Of a stretch of DNA of 64,000 nt, positions 1 to 12,943 are shown in pieces. Position 1 is the first letter of the stretch. Every line of letters begins with the position of its first letter. The notes under the pieces are model-generated. The model worked only from the letters and a program-made list of their open reading frames with translations, did not search any database and had not been told where the DNA came from. The stretch is taken from the NCBI GenBank assembly GCA_951406725.2, contig OX597815.1, positions 52,514,001-52,578,000 on the forward strand, read 5' to 3'. This DNA is from Octopus vulgaris. Taxonomy: Eukaryota. The position numbers and the translations under genes are program-made.

Positions 1-520
1 GAAAGTCACTAAAATGCATATTTAAAAAAAATCTATGGAAATTGGCTTGATATAACACTAAGAGATCTTGTAATCTAGAATAAAAGACACTAACATAGCA
101 AGAACTTATTGCTTAATATATATTACACATAAATTCCACGACCAATGGAAATTCAACAAATGATGAGCAAACAGGTAGAAAGAAGGACGCGTGGGAATAC
201 ACCAAATAAGTTTTGATAAAGCTATGCTGTTTGAAATAAAATATGTCGCAGAAAACTTGTGTTCGGATGGTTTAACTATAAACAGTCATTTGGTGCTATT
301 CTCCATTCATGATTGTTGGAGTTATTTCACTTGGTTAAAGCACCTGTTTCCATTGAAAGTCTTAGAAAGACCGAATGACCAATCTTCACATTTGTAAATG
401 ATGCAGAACAATTATATCCGAAATTACAAATACTCCGAAATGAATGTTCAATGACAGACTCTTTGTCTCTACTTTCGCTTATTTTGACAATCAATCCACG
501 GTTAATTTTATTAAAACTCA
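1..520 (+). pseudogene. Decayed non-LTR retrotransposon reverse-transcriptase fragment (R4/Dong-like)
   Basis: Manual translation across broken frames gives DEQTGRKKDAWEY (cf. EEQxGxxxGSxGC), RRKLVFGWFNYKQSFGAILHS*LLELF (cf. RNLxxAWIDYKKAFDSVPHSW) and TDSLSLLSLILTINP (cf. QGDSLSPLLF). Stops and frameshifts are present. Confidence 0.6.
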
Positions 521-3500
521 CGAGTTACATGCTGAAGTCTACAACAGCAAGAAACACTAATGAAATCCAAAATTTCTCAGTGGATGCCAAGGCTGAGTAA
601 GTGCTGAATTAATAACCTTTTCAGTTGATATAAGGAAAGGTTTGGCCCACAGAACTGTTCGGTAACTGAACTTGGGGTGAAAAAACTGTTTCCCAAATCA
701 CACACCTTTACATTTAGCCTCTCTATTTCCTGCGTTTCACACAACGATGTAAACAGAGGGGCGAAAATACATAAGACTAAACTTAAAGAAATATATTAAA
801 CAGTGCTTTATCACAGAATAATGGCTTTACAATGGCAGTATTGATACCAACATTTTGGATAATTGACTGATCCAGGAAAAATATTTCCTTTGTAAGATTC
901 TGCCGTCAACGGAAGCTTCCACTAAAATAGTGATATTGACAGGTTCTGTCACAGAAGAAAAGATGAGGGAAGTAACATAAGATCACTGCAGGCAGTTTTT
1001 AAATGTCGTATGGCATCACTGACGAGCATATGCTATAGTAATATGGGAAGATCGTTAGACAGTTAACTTTCCGGATAGGAGAGATAGATAGAGATAGAGA
1101 AAGAGAGGGGGAAGATGAGTAGGAGGAGGAGAACATAAGCGAATAAGTCATAGTTAAATATAGATAGATTGAAAAATAGACTGACATTCAGAAAGATAAA
1201 TAGATAGGTAAGTAACTAGTTATGCACATAGCTGGAGAGATAAATATGGAGGGAAATAGATAGATGAATATATGGATCGATATAAGTATAAGCAGGTAGG
1301 TTATAAGCAGATAAAGTTATAGATAGAGGAATTAAGAGCAGCAGGTAAAACAATGGATTTTACCTAAGACTGCCGTAAGAGTAATGTTATGGTGAAACTA
1401 GTAGTTGTAATGTAATCCGGATATCCAGCTACTAATAACAAAACTGATAGGTCGATAGATAGATATACACATAGATATATGTAGTCCCCTCTCTCTCTCA
1501 CGCACACAAAAAGAGAGGGGGCAGAAAGATTAAAATTCAGAAAAATCTCTTATGAAGCGTGGTATAATCAGCCAGCAACTTCTAAGCAGTAATTCCAGCT
1601 GTAAAAGAATAGTACAATCAGAAACCAGCGGTAGCAAACAGTAAGAATGACAGTAATATTTTGTGGTGTTCACCTGCAATACCGTAAATAAGCTGATTCT
1701 GAAGAAGAAGAATGGAGAAGCCGATGAAGAATGAGAAGGAGGAGAGAAAAAGAATAAAGAAAGAAAAGAAAGGAAAAGAAAAGGAAGAAGATGCAATATT
1801 GACTATACTAACAGCAGAAGAACGTATTACAAACTTCAAGTAATCAATAATTGGATAATGGGGAACAAAAAAAAGCAATAATAAGCAAAAAAAAAAAAAG
1901 AAGCAAATTACGTTTGGAGGCTGGATTTAAACATACTGATTCAAATAACATTGGCGACAACTATGATGATGACGACGACAACGACGACGGCAACGAGGCT
2001 GGTGATTATGGCGAGGATAAATTTTATATATGCCTCTCATCCCTCAGGGGCCGCTGAAGTAAAATACCAGCCAAATACTGGAGTCGGTTTAATCACGTAA
2101 TTCCACCCCACAAAACTGCTGGCATTGTGCTAAAATTTGAAACCATCATCATCATCATCATTATTATTATAAACACCATCCTCATCTTCGTCATCATCAC
2201 TGTCATCATCAATATACTACTACTACTACTTGCTGTTGTTATTGTAGTAGCGAAGAGGATAATGAGAAGATGATGATGATGCCGGTGACGTCGACAACAG
2301 TGACGATAAAATTATGATGTATTATATTTGTTTCTTTCTCAAGGGCATTAGTAATGTAAGTGAAGTAAAATGGCTACGAAAAGGAATGGAAAATTGGAGC
2401 AACAAAGGCAAGAACGACAACAGCAACAAGAACAAAAGCAACAAAAACAGCGTCTTCCCATCACCAACATCCCCACCGTTACCATCACTAACAACAGCAA
2501 CAATGGCAATGAAGACGACAATGGATGACGTTGATGATGATAATGATGATGATGAGCATGAGGATGAGGATGATGACGATGATGATGATGATGATGATGA
2601 TGTTGGTGGTAACATGGAGAAGAAAAGAATACTGTTAATGGTGGTGGTGAAGCAATAAAATAAAAACCAAATAAGATTAGTCATTTTGTTTTGCTTTCCT
2701 TTGTCTTATGTTTGCATCTTACCGATTTTAGGGCTGTTTGATCTGTCTGTCTGTCCCACATTAAGAGACATCAGATTTAGATAAAAACAAAGAGACAAGC
2801 GTCGTGCCCTATATTGTAGTTTAACGATTACTTACGGAGACATAAAATTTCATTTACTAGGTAAACTGTAGTGGTAGGATAATTGTAGAGGCAGTGTTGG
2901 TGGAGATGATAGTGGTAGCGATGGTGATGACGGAGAAATGGAACGGTTTTTTTCTTAAGAAATTAAAATTAAATCACCCCACCCAGGCCTACCTCCACAA
3001 AACTCACTTCTGCAGCACAATACTCTGTCTATTGCAGACTATCAGATACAGAGCTATATTTTTTAATGATATAGTCAGAAGACAAAACATAGTGCCTATG
3101 ACCTTCATGGCCTTAACGTTCCGCACTTATGACTCTTAAGGGCAAACTGGTGGCGTTAAGCCAAGATCACATCTTCATTATAGAACAGCCTTGGTCCAAC
3201 CAATGAGCTTTCACGCAGTTCCTGTCTTCTAAATTTCACTCACAAGGCTTTGATGGACAGCAGGCAATGGTAGAAGATAATTGCCTAAAGTCTGTTAACG
3301 TGAGACGATGTGAACCGACCAAAGTTTACTTATCAACTACAACTGGTTTACAAAGTCTTTCATTGTTAGGTAATGTGTAAGGAGGATCAATAGTCTTCTT
3401 GGCGAATGAAAATGTCCTTATTTCTGTTAATATGTAACCTTACTTAGCCGTCAATGTTTCCATGATCTCCAACCAACAAAACCAGCCAAATAGTAAGCAA

Positions 3501-4179
3501 CTCTATATGGTTATTTTATTTGCTGGAAATAGCAAACAAATCACACATAAATCACATCCCATCGTCTTTATGATGTCGGGCACATTGGATAATGTTGTCC
3601 ATGACACCCTATATTTCAATAAAAATGAGATGGCCATAGGGCTGCTGGATCAGGGCTTACTTAGATTAAACAACAGCAGCAGCAGCAGCAACAACAACAA
3701 CAACAACAACAAAGTAGTTGGTTGATGTTTCTTTTTTATTCATTTATATGTTTCAGCCAGTTTATAATAAAAAGCTTTACATAAATCATTCAATTTTGCA
3801 AAATTACTCAACTAATTTTTGCCGTAACAGATCAGTCCTAGTTTCCACAAACTTTAGTATTACTCTACACTAACATTTCTGTATTGTTCTACCGAATATA
3901 ACTCTAATCATTTTACCGACACTGCATGTATAAACATATGTAAATATCTTGTCGTCATGGATAATATCTTCAGTGGACAGAAAAGCGTGAATAAATTAAG
4001 CTAGTGTGAACCCCATGTTGGGATTTTCATCAGCAATTGTGAGCCCTCTTTAAGTATTCAAGGGGACACTGCTTATACACTTAAGCTCACTGTGATCGAG
4101 GGCTTAAGCAGACGGATAAACTAATTTGCATACGTAACTCATTTTTTCAAGCTATTTTAGTTAATGAACGTTTCTATCC

Positions 4180-4382
4180 AATCATTTGACTGCAGTCATA
4201 CCGGGGCAACGACCCCAGTACTTACTTTTTAGGCCTGTTACTTATTCTATCGGTGTCTTTTGCCGAACCGTTAAATTATGGCGACATAAACACACCAACG
4301 CCGGTTGTCAAGTTGTGGTGGGGGTACAAACACAGACACAAAGACACGCAGACACAGACATATATACAGATATATATATATA

Positions 4383-4455
<73 letters not shown>

Positions 4456-4676
4456 AAAGCACAGTCGTGTATGTGTGGGAGTAGGTTGCTTGACAATCGG
4501 TGGTGTGCGTTTACGTCCCCGTAACTTAGCGTTTCGGCAAAAGAGCCCGATAGAATAAGTTCCGGGCTTTAAAATTGGTCTGGGGGTCGATTTATTCGAC
4601 TAAAACCCTTAAAAACGGTGCTCCAGTTTGGCCGCAGTCAAATGACTGGAGCAAGTAAAAGAATAAAAGAATAAAA

Positions 4677-4680
<4 letters not shown>
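4180..4680. mobile_element. Two partial copies of the dominant tRNA-derived SINE (4180-4370 minus, 4470-4680 plus) around a (TA)n tract
   Basis: Match the 3' half of the full copy at 27419-27873 (cggcaaaaga...gatagaataagt...ggtgctccag...ggccgcagtcaaatgactg). Confidence 0.75.
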
Positions 4681-4731
<51 letters not shown>

Positions 4732-4818
4732 AGAGTTTACGAAAAAAACAAAAGACGAAGACAGGTGGTGTACAAAACAAACAGGTATAATAGTATAACG
4801 CTCAGGAATAGAAAAAGT

Positions 4819-4854
4819 CTTTTACGTTTCGAGCCTACGCTCTTCTGCAGAAAG
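4819..4854 (-). ncRNA. Degenerate minimal hammerhead motif in a ~180-bp repeat (4730-4912); truncated relative at 57340-57421
   Basis: Minus strand: cttt-CTGCAGA-a-gagc gtag gctc-GAAA-cg-TA-aaag. Stems I and II pair, but the core has A6->C. Confidence 0.45.
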
Positions 4855-4916
4855 GGACACAGAAAATACAAGGAGAGAAAAAAATGTGTGTAGTGGCTAA
4901 CGATTTATCGTGGCGA

Positions 4917-5393
4917 CGGTGGCTATTCTCAGTTTAGAACCGATAGGCAACGAGTACAGTCGCCACTAAAGTGTCAGAGTGTGCTAGTGAGCACAAGTAG
5001 GCAACAAGCACAGCCGTCGCTAAAGTGATCACTGTAGTTGTTGCCTATCGATTCTAAATTGCCAATAGTCACCTTATTAATTTATGATTCTCACTTCACC
5101 ATTTTCGAAATCAGTCGATGTTTCCTATGGTGTTCTCTATAAGACAGACAAGGTGAGTTAGGTTCTTTAACCCTCGGGGATAAAGTAATGGGTCACTGAT
5201 GAAGATTGATTAAATCTGAAATTAGCGCTGATATGACTCCACCTCGCTTGTCGTAAGGAGATTGTCTCCCTTGTCAGCCGTTAGAAAAGTGCTCTCACGT
5301 GGCAAAGAGTTGTTTTTTTACTTTTATTTCTAGCAATGCTGGTGCTTACTAGCACCCTCCGTCACTTTAGTGACGACTGTACTTGTTGCCTAT
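4917..5393 (+). mobile_element. ~345-bp HHR-bearing monomer with terminal redundancy plus an inverted partial copy (retrozyme-like)
   Basis: actgtaSttgttgcctat recurs at 5031 and 5376 (period 345). 4917-4995 is the reverse complement of the monomer junction region. Contains the HHR at 5190-5239. Confidence 0.65.
5190..5239 (+). ncRNA. Type I hammerhead ribozyme
   Basis: gggtca-CTGATGA-agatt gatta aatct-GAAA-ttagcgctga-TA-tgactc: 6-bp stem I, 5-bp stem II, self-complementary stem III, AUA cleavage triplet. Confidence 0.85.
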
Positions 5394-5406
5394 ACGCCAA
5401 CGCGCG

Positions 5407-5502
<96 letters not shown>

Positions 5503-5626
5503 TACTCATGAAAATGCTGTAAAGACAGTGCTTAGATCTGTCTATACAGTGTTGGTTAAGAACCTATAGATATATACTATAGTGTTTGTAGCAGGGAGTC
5601 ATTAATTTAAGAACAGTCTGGAATTT

Positions 5627-5864
5627 ACATTATTTACATTATTTACATTCGACGGATATTTGTCCTCATCTTGTTTGTTGTTAACACGTTTCGGCTGATA
5701 TAGCCTCCAGCCTTCTTCAGGTGTCTTGGGGAAATTTCGAACCTGGCTTCTCATTCCTAAGGTATGTTGTGTTAACAACAAACAAGAAGAGGACAAATAT
5801 CCGTCGAGTGTAAATAATGTAAATAATGTACATAATTCCCCATCTTTTAAATATAGAACTGTAT
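5627..5864. mobile_element. Short inverted-repeat insertion of the HHR-tailed family, with a 12-bp target-site duplication
   Basis: agtctggaattt at 5615-5626 and 5865-5876. The left part is the minus strand of the 32870-33010 sequence (HHR at 5683-5725, with a 3-nt deletion in stem III), and the right part is the plus-strand 3' tail. Confidence 0.8.
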
Positions 5865-6199
5865 AGTCTGGAATTTGTTAAAAGAAAATTTTGCTACTAA
5901 ATTGACCAAGCTGAGTGATTATAAAGTAACTCATTAGTTGGCCTATGTTACCCCGATCAGTTTGAGAGATCACTTAGTAGTTGCCCTTTTTCGATCCTTT
6001 TACATTGATTTAGAGCTGCAGATGAATTTGTTTTGGAAAATGCTATCTTTTTTAGATCGATGATTGTGTATGCGCTCTTTTGTTGGATCATGTTACATTG
6101 CTTAGGTTGTGCAATTAAATTGAATCAAGCCGAACAGGTTTAAGCCAACAAGGATAATTAAGAATATCTCAAGAGAGGTACATGTTTCAGGTACTGAAC

Positions 6200-6720
6200 G
6201 CACATCCCCAATAACCAAAACTGCATCACGAAAACTGACTTTTCTATTCAGTTTGAAAATACAAGAAAACAACAATGGCACTAACTCTCTACAATTTTCA
6301 AGTGAGAGTCACGATAAAGTGCTGTTCTTTTATCTGGAATGAAGAAGTTTTACATATATAAACACCTAGACAGTATCCAAAGAGAGACCACTTAACTGTT
6401 TAGCATAAAAATGCTCAGCAACAAACTCCAATCTCTTGTATATCCTCTTTCTGCCCATAGTACCTTTATTTTTTATCCTTCCAGTCTGATTGATCTCGTC
6501 TCACCGCCACACAGACGCTCTCGCTCATACATTCTCCTCATCTTGCCATCCATACTGTGCTCCTCTTTAGGTCTAACCATAATCACCTAAGCTACTCCAG
6601 AAAATTAACACTCTAAAATCATTTCCCTGCATATGTTTCTCCTGCAGCCATCGACTTGTAACTTTGTAAGAAAGATGTTAATGTCATCCCTCTTAGCGTC
6701 CTCATGACGTCTATGAAAGC
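6200..6720 (+). pseudogene. Possible very decayed CR1/L2-group LINE 3' relic
   Basis: Short peptide HLDSIQRET...LSNKLQSL resembles LINE ORF2 C-termini. The signal is weak. Confidence 0.3.
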
Positions 6721-6813
6721 TATGAGCACATCTCAATTATGCGGTCTCTAGATTGAACCTGAAACCACGATGTATTTACATATATGTATGAGTGTTGACG
6801 TGTGTGTGTGTGT

Positions 6814-6852
<39 letters not shown>

Positions 6853-7355
6853 TCGTGGGTCAAATGCAAATATCAGCTTGGTGCCTGATGTGAATAAGAC
6901 CACCGAAGACTGCAAACTCTGTACTACAAATTTAGAAATATAAAACAGGAGTACTCCCTCGGGAATGTTTGAGTCGTATACATATAAACACGTTGCGATC
7001 GTCCGCCGATATGAGACATTTCATGGATAATAAGAATGGATTTTGAAAGTAATGCAATTAATAACTACGCCAGTGAGATTATCCCTGTAGTCTCAGCCGT
7101 ACAGAGCTTCAACATCCTACAATTTCTGGATATAATGTTTTAGTATCGTATGGTGTTTCCAATTCACCTCAACAACGGGCTATTGTTATTCCTTGTTATA
7201 AACCGTCATTAATTTGTTTCGTATGAGTTCTCAATGAATAGTGCTGATGTTCACAAAATCTTTTTCATGAACATATTGAAACAGGTCGTCTTTCCTACTG
7301 TCGCTGATATTGAAAAAGTGAAATCAAACAATGATAAATATCAAAGTGAGTTATA

Positions 7356-7472
7356 TACAGTAGCGGTAACACATCGTGACGTATTTTTGCCATTTCAATA
7401 TGGCTAACCCCTAAGGGTGGATGCTACTGTAGTTTTTAGCCCCAGGAGGACACACTCCTCCAGCTGGCCATA
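7356..7472 (+). ncRNA. Unassigned conserved ~117-nt pseudoknotted motif, copy A (opposite-strand copy at 7984-8100)
   Basis: Pa tacagtagcg(7356-65)/tgctactgta(7422-31) crosses Pc tatggct(7399-405)/ggccata(7466-72). Hairpins are accc/gggt and ggagga/tcctcc. These covary with the copies at 19116 and 31827. Confidence 0.6.
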
Positions 7473-7540
7473 GTCACACTTTCTGTGTCCTGTCAGTATT
7501 TGCAAAGGGAAGTCATCCTTCCCGTCTTCAACTTATGATA

Positions 7541-7585
7541 CACACGGACTCGAGTTTCGAGGTATTGACCTCTCGTCAGCGTGTG
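7541..7585 (-). ncRNA. Type I hammerhead ribozyme (intact)
   Basis: Minus strand: cacacg-CTGACGA-gagg tcaata cctc-GAAA-ctcgag-TC-cgtgtg. Perfect stems, GUC triplet, palindromic stem III ACTCGAGT. Confidence 0.92.
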
Positions 7586-7870
7586 ACAATCATAGTTGTC
7601 GGCGAGAATTAGATTTCCTTCACAAATACTTATACTTTTTCCAGCGTCCACTGTCGCTGATATTGAAAAACTACAGTAGCATCCACCCTTAGGGGTTAGC
7701 CATATTGAAATGGCAAAAATACGTCACGATGTGTTAGCGCTACTGTATATAACTCACTTTGATATTTATCATTGTTTGATTTCACTTTTTCAATATCAAC
7801 GACAGTGGACGCTGGAAAAAGTATAAGTATTTGTGAAGGAAATCTAATTCTCGCCGACAACTATGATTGT

Positions 7871-7915
7871 CACACGCTGACGAGAGGTCAATAGCTCGAA
7901 ACTCGAGTCCGTGTG
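7871..7915 (+). ncRNA. Type I hammerhead ribozyme
   Basis: cacacg-CTGACGA-gagg tcaata gctc-GAAA-ctcgag-TC-cgtgtg. Stem I extends (tatgat/atcata) beyond an internal loop. Confidence 0.9.
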
Positions 7916-8151
7916 TATCATAAGTTGAAGACGGGAAGGATGACTTCCCTTTGCAAATACTGACAGGACACAAAAAGTGTGACTATGGCCAGCTGGAGGA
8001 GTGTGTCCTCCTGGGGCTAAAAACTACAGTAGCATCCACCCTTAGGGGTTAGCCATATTGAAATGGCAAAAATACGTCACGATGTGTTACCGCTACTGTA
8101 TATAACTCACTTTGATATTTATCATTGTTATATATATATATATATATTAAT

Positions 8152-8242
<91 letters not shown>

Positions 8243-8246
<4 letters not shown>

Positions 8247-8586
8247 CCCAGTAGTTAGGGCAGCAGACTCGCGGTCATAGGATCGCGGTTTCGATTCCCA
8301 GACCAGGCTCCGTGAGTGTTTATTGAGCAAAAACGTCTAAAGCTCCACGATGCTCCGGCAGCGGGTGGTGGCGAACCCTGCTGTACTCCTTCAACACAAC
8401 TTTCTCTCACTCTTTCTTCCTGTTTCTGTTGTACCTGTATTTCAAATGGTCACTCTTGTCACACTCTGTGTCACGCGGAATCTCCCCGAGAACTACGTTA
8501 AGGGTACACGTGTCTGCGCAGTGCTCAACAATTTGCACGCTTATTTCACGAGCAGGCTGGAACCCTCGTCGTCGTAACCGATGGAG

Positions 8587-8590
<4 letters not shown>
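8243..8590 (+). mobile_element. tRNA-derived SINE (second family)
   Basis: A box tggcccagtag and B box gtttcgattcc. Its 3' tail is shared with the minus-strand SINE at 25320-25620. Flanked by (TG)n and (TA)n. Confidence 0.75.
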
Positions 8591-8628
<38 letters not shown>

Positions 8629-8974
8629 GTGTGTGTGTGTGTGTGTGTATGTGTGTGTGTGTGTGTGTATATACATTATATATTTATATACTATATATTT
8701 ATTTCATATATATATATATGTACACACACACAAACACATATATAATACAATACAGGAAATGGAGATGTAACATTAATATAATTTATTAACCGTATAAACT
8801 AACACATTCCCTTGCCCAAAGATTAAATTATAATAATTAAATCATTGTATTGGGCAAAATCTCATCAGAGGAGTAGAAAAGACATACTGTTAGGTTATTA
8901 GATGTTATAGTTCCAAATTATCTCAGTCTGTTGAGATAATTTGGAAATATAACATCTAATAACCTAACGGTGTC

Positions 8975-9172
8975 TTTGTCCCACTACCACCATTTGACAA
9001 CCGGTATTGGTGTATTTATGTCCCCATAACTTAGGGGTTCGGCGAAAAAAAAAACCTCGATAGAATAAGTACCAGGCACAAAAAGTAAATACTGGGGTCG
9101 ATCCATTCGGTTAAAAATTCAAGGCGGTGCCCCAGCCTTGTGCAGTCTAATGACTGAAAGAAGTAAAAGAAT
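8975..9172 (+). mobile_element. 3' half of the dominant SINE
   Basis: Similarity to 27700-27873. Confidence 0.7.
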
Positions 9173-9884
9173 AATACACACACACACACACACACACACG
9201 TGTGTGTATGATTGTGTATAGAAGAATATATTACTCAAAGAAATTCCAACTTTGATTTTCTCATTTATTTACAATCTTATAATAATATAAGATAATACAA
9301 TATAATGAAATGATAGAATATTAAATGTCCATTCTGATTGAACTAGTACGTTCATGCACTAAACTATGCAATCTTCAGGTTCATGTAGTAATGGTGACAG
9401 CTATGGTTTTACAATTTACAACTGTGGCGAGTTGGCTAAACTGTATAGGTTCCAGAATGTTAATTTTTGCAAACTGTATTCTGACCAATCAGTGTGTGAT
9501 TTTACTGAATTACTTAAGTTGGTGTTTGGTTTAGGCTTCACAGTTTGTTGAACATGTCAAGAGACCTGTATAAAGCAGTAGTTGTGAGCTATTAAGATGT
9601 TGTAAACAACACTTCCCGACGATTTTTACATTTTAATTATCATCGCTATTATCATCTCCTTTATTATTGTTGTCATCGCCGTCGTCGTCGTTGTTGTTGT
9701 TGCCATTGGTGTTGTTGGTGTTGTTGGTGGTAGGAGTAGCTGTGGTAATATAACTTTAAACCCCAAAATAAGATTATGTTTACTGACTTTTCTCTTGACT
9801 TAGCTGATATTTTCCTGCTATCGTCATCATGGGCACCTTTAGTATTGTTGTTGTTATTAGTGGTAGTGGTCGCAGCAGCAGATA

Positions 9885-10640
9885 CAGTGAATGATTGGTC
9901 TTTGTTGCTAAGATCAAACTTTGCCTTTGTTAATAGTTTTTTACTAAGAACCATATCTCGATCTGTGATTATATCTTTTAAATTCATTACTTTGAGCAAT
10001 GATTGGTAGGTTTGCTTTGGCAATGCTAAGATATTCTGGTGATATGGGTTATGTGTCACTATAAATGGAATGACTTGTTCCTGTTTTCCTCTTCTTTGGG
10101 TTACCCTCAGTTGCGGTATGGGTATTTTTATAGCCCGCTGCATGCTATTTTCTATAAGTAGTGACAGGTATTTTTGCTTGAGCAAAATTCTCTTAGTTCT
10201 GTTAGGTGCTTATTCCTCGTATTCGCATCTTCTGCAATGGTAAAAATTCTTCTGGTTAGGCAGTATGGGATGTTGCGTCTTGTATGTGATGGATGGCATG
10301 ACTTGAAATTCAGGTATTGATGTGTACCCCTGTGTTTATAGTATACATCTGTGGTAATGGTGGTGTCCTTTTTAATTACCATTATATTTAGGAATGGTAA
10401 TTTGATACTACTCATCTCCTTTGTAAATTGGAGAGATGGGTATGGGTTGTTCAAGAGGATATTGAACTCTTCCAGAGTATTTGGAGATTTTGTTTAGATT
10501 ATGAAACAATCGTCAAGGTATCTCTTCCATGCCTTTTCAATGTATTTTCTAAATTCAGTGCTATAGTTTTCCTCTACTACTTGGTAGTGCCTTTAATTTG
10601 GATGTAATTCTTTCCATTGAAGAAAAATGTGTTATTTTCC
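9885..10640 (-). pseudogene. Penelope-like element RT fragment (Neptune-like)
   Basis: Minus strand encodes WKRYLDDCFI (10501-10529) and LPFLNIMVIKK...DVYYK...HQYLNFKSCHPSHTRRNIPY, homologous to ORF 21344-22300. It is frameshifted. Confidence 0.85.
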
Positions 10641-10951
10641 AGGTAGTGTGCCTGTAGAGCACGTTCACCACTTCTGGCTACCTGGCGTCATCCACATTAC
10701 TGCGCTTTCGTTACTCGATCACGTCAGGAATTCCAAGATGCACGTTGAGTGTATTATAAATGATTGATAGGGAGGTTGGGGTGCAACTAGCCTCATCAAG
10801 ACGTAACATGCTTCAATAGCTATAAGATCTACACGTTACGTCACCTGATGAGGCTTTCTGCACTCTGCGATGCATTTGATGTCATTGCATCATTCACCAC
10901 CAACCAGGGAGCAGTCCAGAAGGCAGTCTTGCGATTCAATTATATATATAT

Positions 10952-11396
10952 CTTTTACTCTTTTACTCTTTTACTCTTTTACTTGTTTCAGTCATTTGAC
11001 TGCGGCCATGCTGGAGCACCGCCTTTAGTCGAGCAAATCGACCCCGGGACTTATTCTTTGTAAGCCCAGTACTTATTCTATCGGGCTCTTTTGCCGAACC
11101 GCTAAGTGACGGGGACGTAAACACACCAGTATCGGTTGTAATGCAATGCTAGGGGGACAAACACAGACACACAAACAGACACACACACACATTCATATAT
11201 ATATATATAGATATATATATATATATATATATACATATATACGACAGGCTTCTTTCAGTTTCCGTCTACCAAATCCACTCACAAGGCATTGGTCGGCCCG
11301 GGGCTATAGCAGAAGACACTTGCCCAAGGTGCCACGCAGTGGGACTGAACCCGGAACTATGTGGCTGGTTAGCAAGCTACTTACCACACAGCCACT

Positions 11397-11399
<3 letters not shown>
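10952..11399 (-). mobile_element. Full-length dominant tRNA-derived SINE with internal (TA)n/(TG)n
   Basis: Reverse complement of the 27419-27873 family, with tRNA head (ggctgtgtgg...ggttcagtccc), ccttgggcaagtg box and (gtaaaaga)n tail. Confidence 0.85.
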
Positions 11400-11450
<51 letters not shown>

Positions 11451-11918
11451 ATAATATGAGGGAATATTATTCCAAACTTACAGGGAAAAATTCAATTTAC
11501 AAATACTAAATCAAATTTCACAAAATATAATATATATATATAAATTTGAAAAATACTATTGAAAAGGTTGCAAGACGCAACGAAAACTTTAGGAAAATAA
11601 AAACAAGAAATAAGGTGAGTGTGTTACATTATAAGGCACAAAAAGAAAACGACTCTCCCCAGACACATCAGTGTATATATATATATATATATATATATAT
11701 CTTTTACTCGTTTCACTCAACGAAGTGTGACTTTTCTACAATACTTGTATGCACTCTGCTAGTAACACAAGACAGGGACATACACAATATCACACTTGTT
11801 ACCACGCGGCAGAGGGGAATACAAATAGATTCACGCACATATAGTCATACATACATGCATGTATGCATGTGTGTGTGTGTGAGTGTGTGTGTGGTGTGTA
11901 TTTGTGTATATACATACC

Positions 11919-11967
<49 letters not shown>

Positions 11968-12376
11968 GTACATAGATACTTATATAGATATATAGATAAA
12001 CATGCACACAAACACGCTCAAATATACACATGCCCAAATACACAAATATATGCCTTCACGAAAACTTATCATCAAACCTTCCCATTCTCTTGCCACGCCG
12101 CCATAATATACAACATTTCTACCGTCATGTTAGACGCCGCGGCGATCACAGAAAGCTTGCTTGTTCAGGTTAAACAAACATTTTCCTCCCCACCTGTAAT
12201 CTACAAAGTACTTTAATACCTACTATTGGATTATATTAATCATTCAGCCTGCATAGATTAGCTGTATCCGCTAGGCTTTGCTTGCGTCTATTCCTCTGTT
12301 TTGTCTTAATGTACTTTCTCACATTCTTTTTGTCTTATAGATTTATATCTTTTCTTTTATACACTTTGAATCTTTC

Positions 12377-12842
<466 letters not shown>

Positions 12843-12898
12843 GGTTTCCTATTGCTTCCTCTGCCACTCTCTTTCCCAGTCTCACCTCTCTGAACGCA

Positions 12899-12943
<45 letters not shown>

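Larger units (their letters stand above)
7297..8129. mobile_element. Head-to-head, circularly permuted copies of a 353-bp HHR-containing monomer (retrozyme-like)
   Basis: Period is 353 on both arms (actgtcgctgatattgaaaaa at 7297/7650; ctacagtagc at 7671/8024). The arms are near-identical reverse complements joined at an AAAAA microhomology (7666-7670), and the element ends in (TA)n. Confidence 0.9.

Noticed and set aside
2314-2684. Acidic poly-Asp / poly-Ser ORFs
   Set aside because: They come from (GAT)n and (AAC)n trinucleotide low complexity, with no splice or domain evidence.
7356-7472. Calling the pseudoknot a circularly permuted HDV-like ribozyme
   Set aside because: The connectivity and a 7-bp G-U-opened helix are suggestive, but the would-be catalytic C is U in family A and no L3/P1.1 consensus is visible.
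8243-8305. tRNA genes (also 15193, 27419, 32672, 45720)
   Set aside because: A/B boxes are present, but there is no full cloverleaf and each continues into a repeated body, so these are SINE heads.
10690-10860. HHR-like cores near the PLE fragment (also 15060-15095, 26008-26040, 30520-30600, 18884-18913)
   Set aside because: Core nucleotides or stems are too degenerate to support a call.
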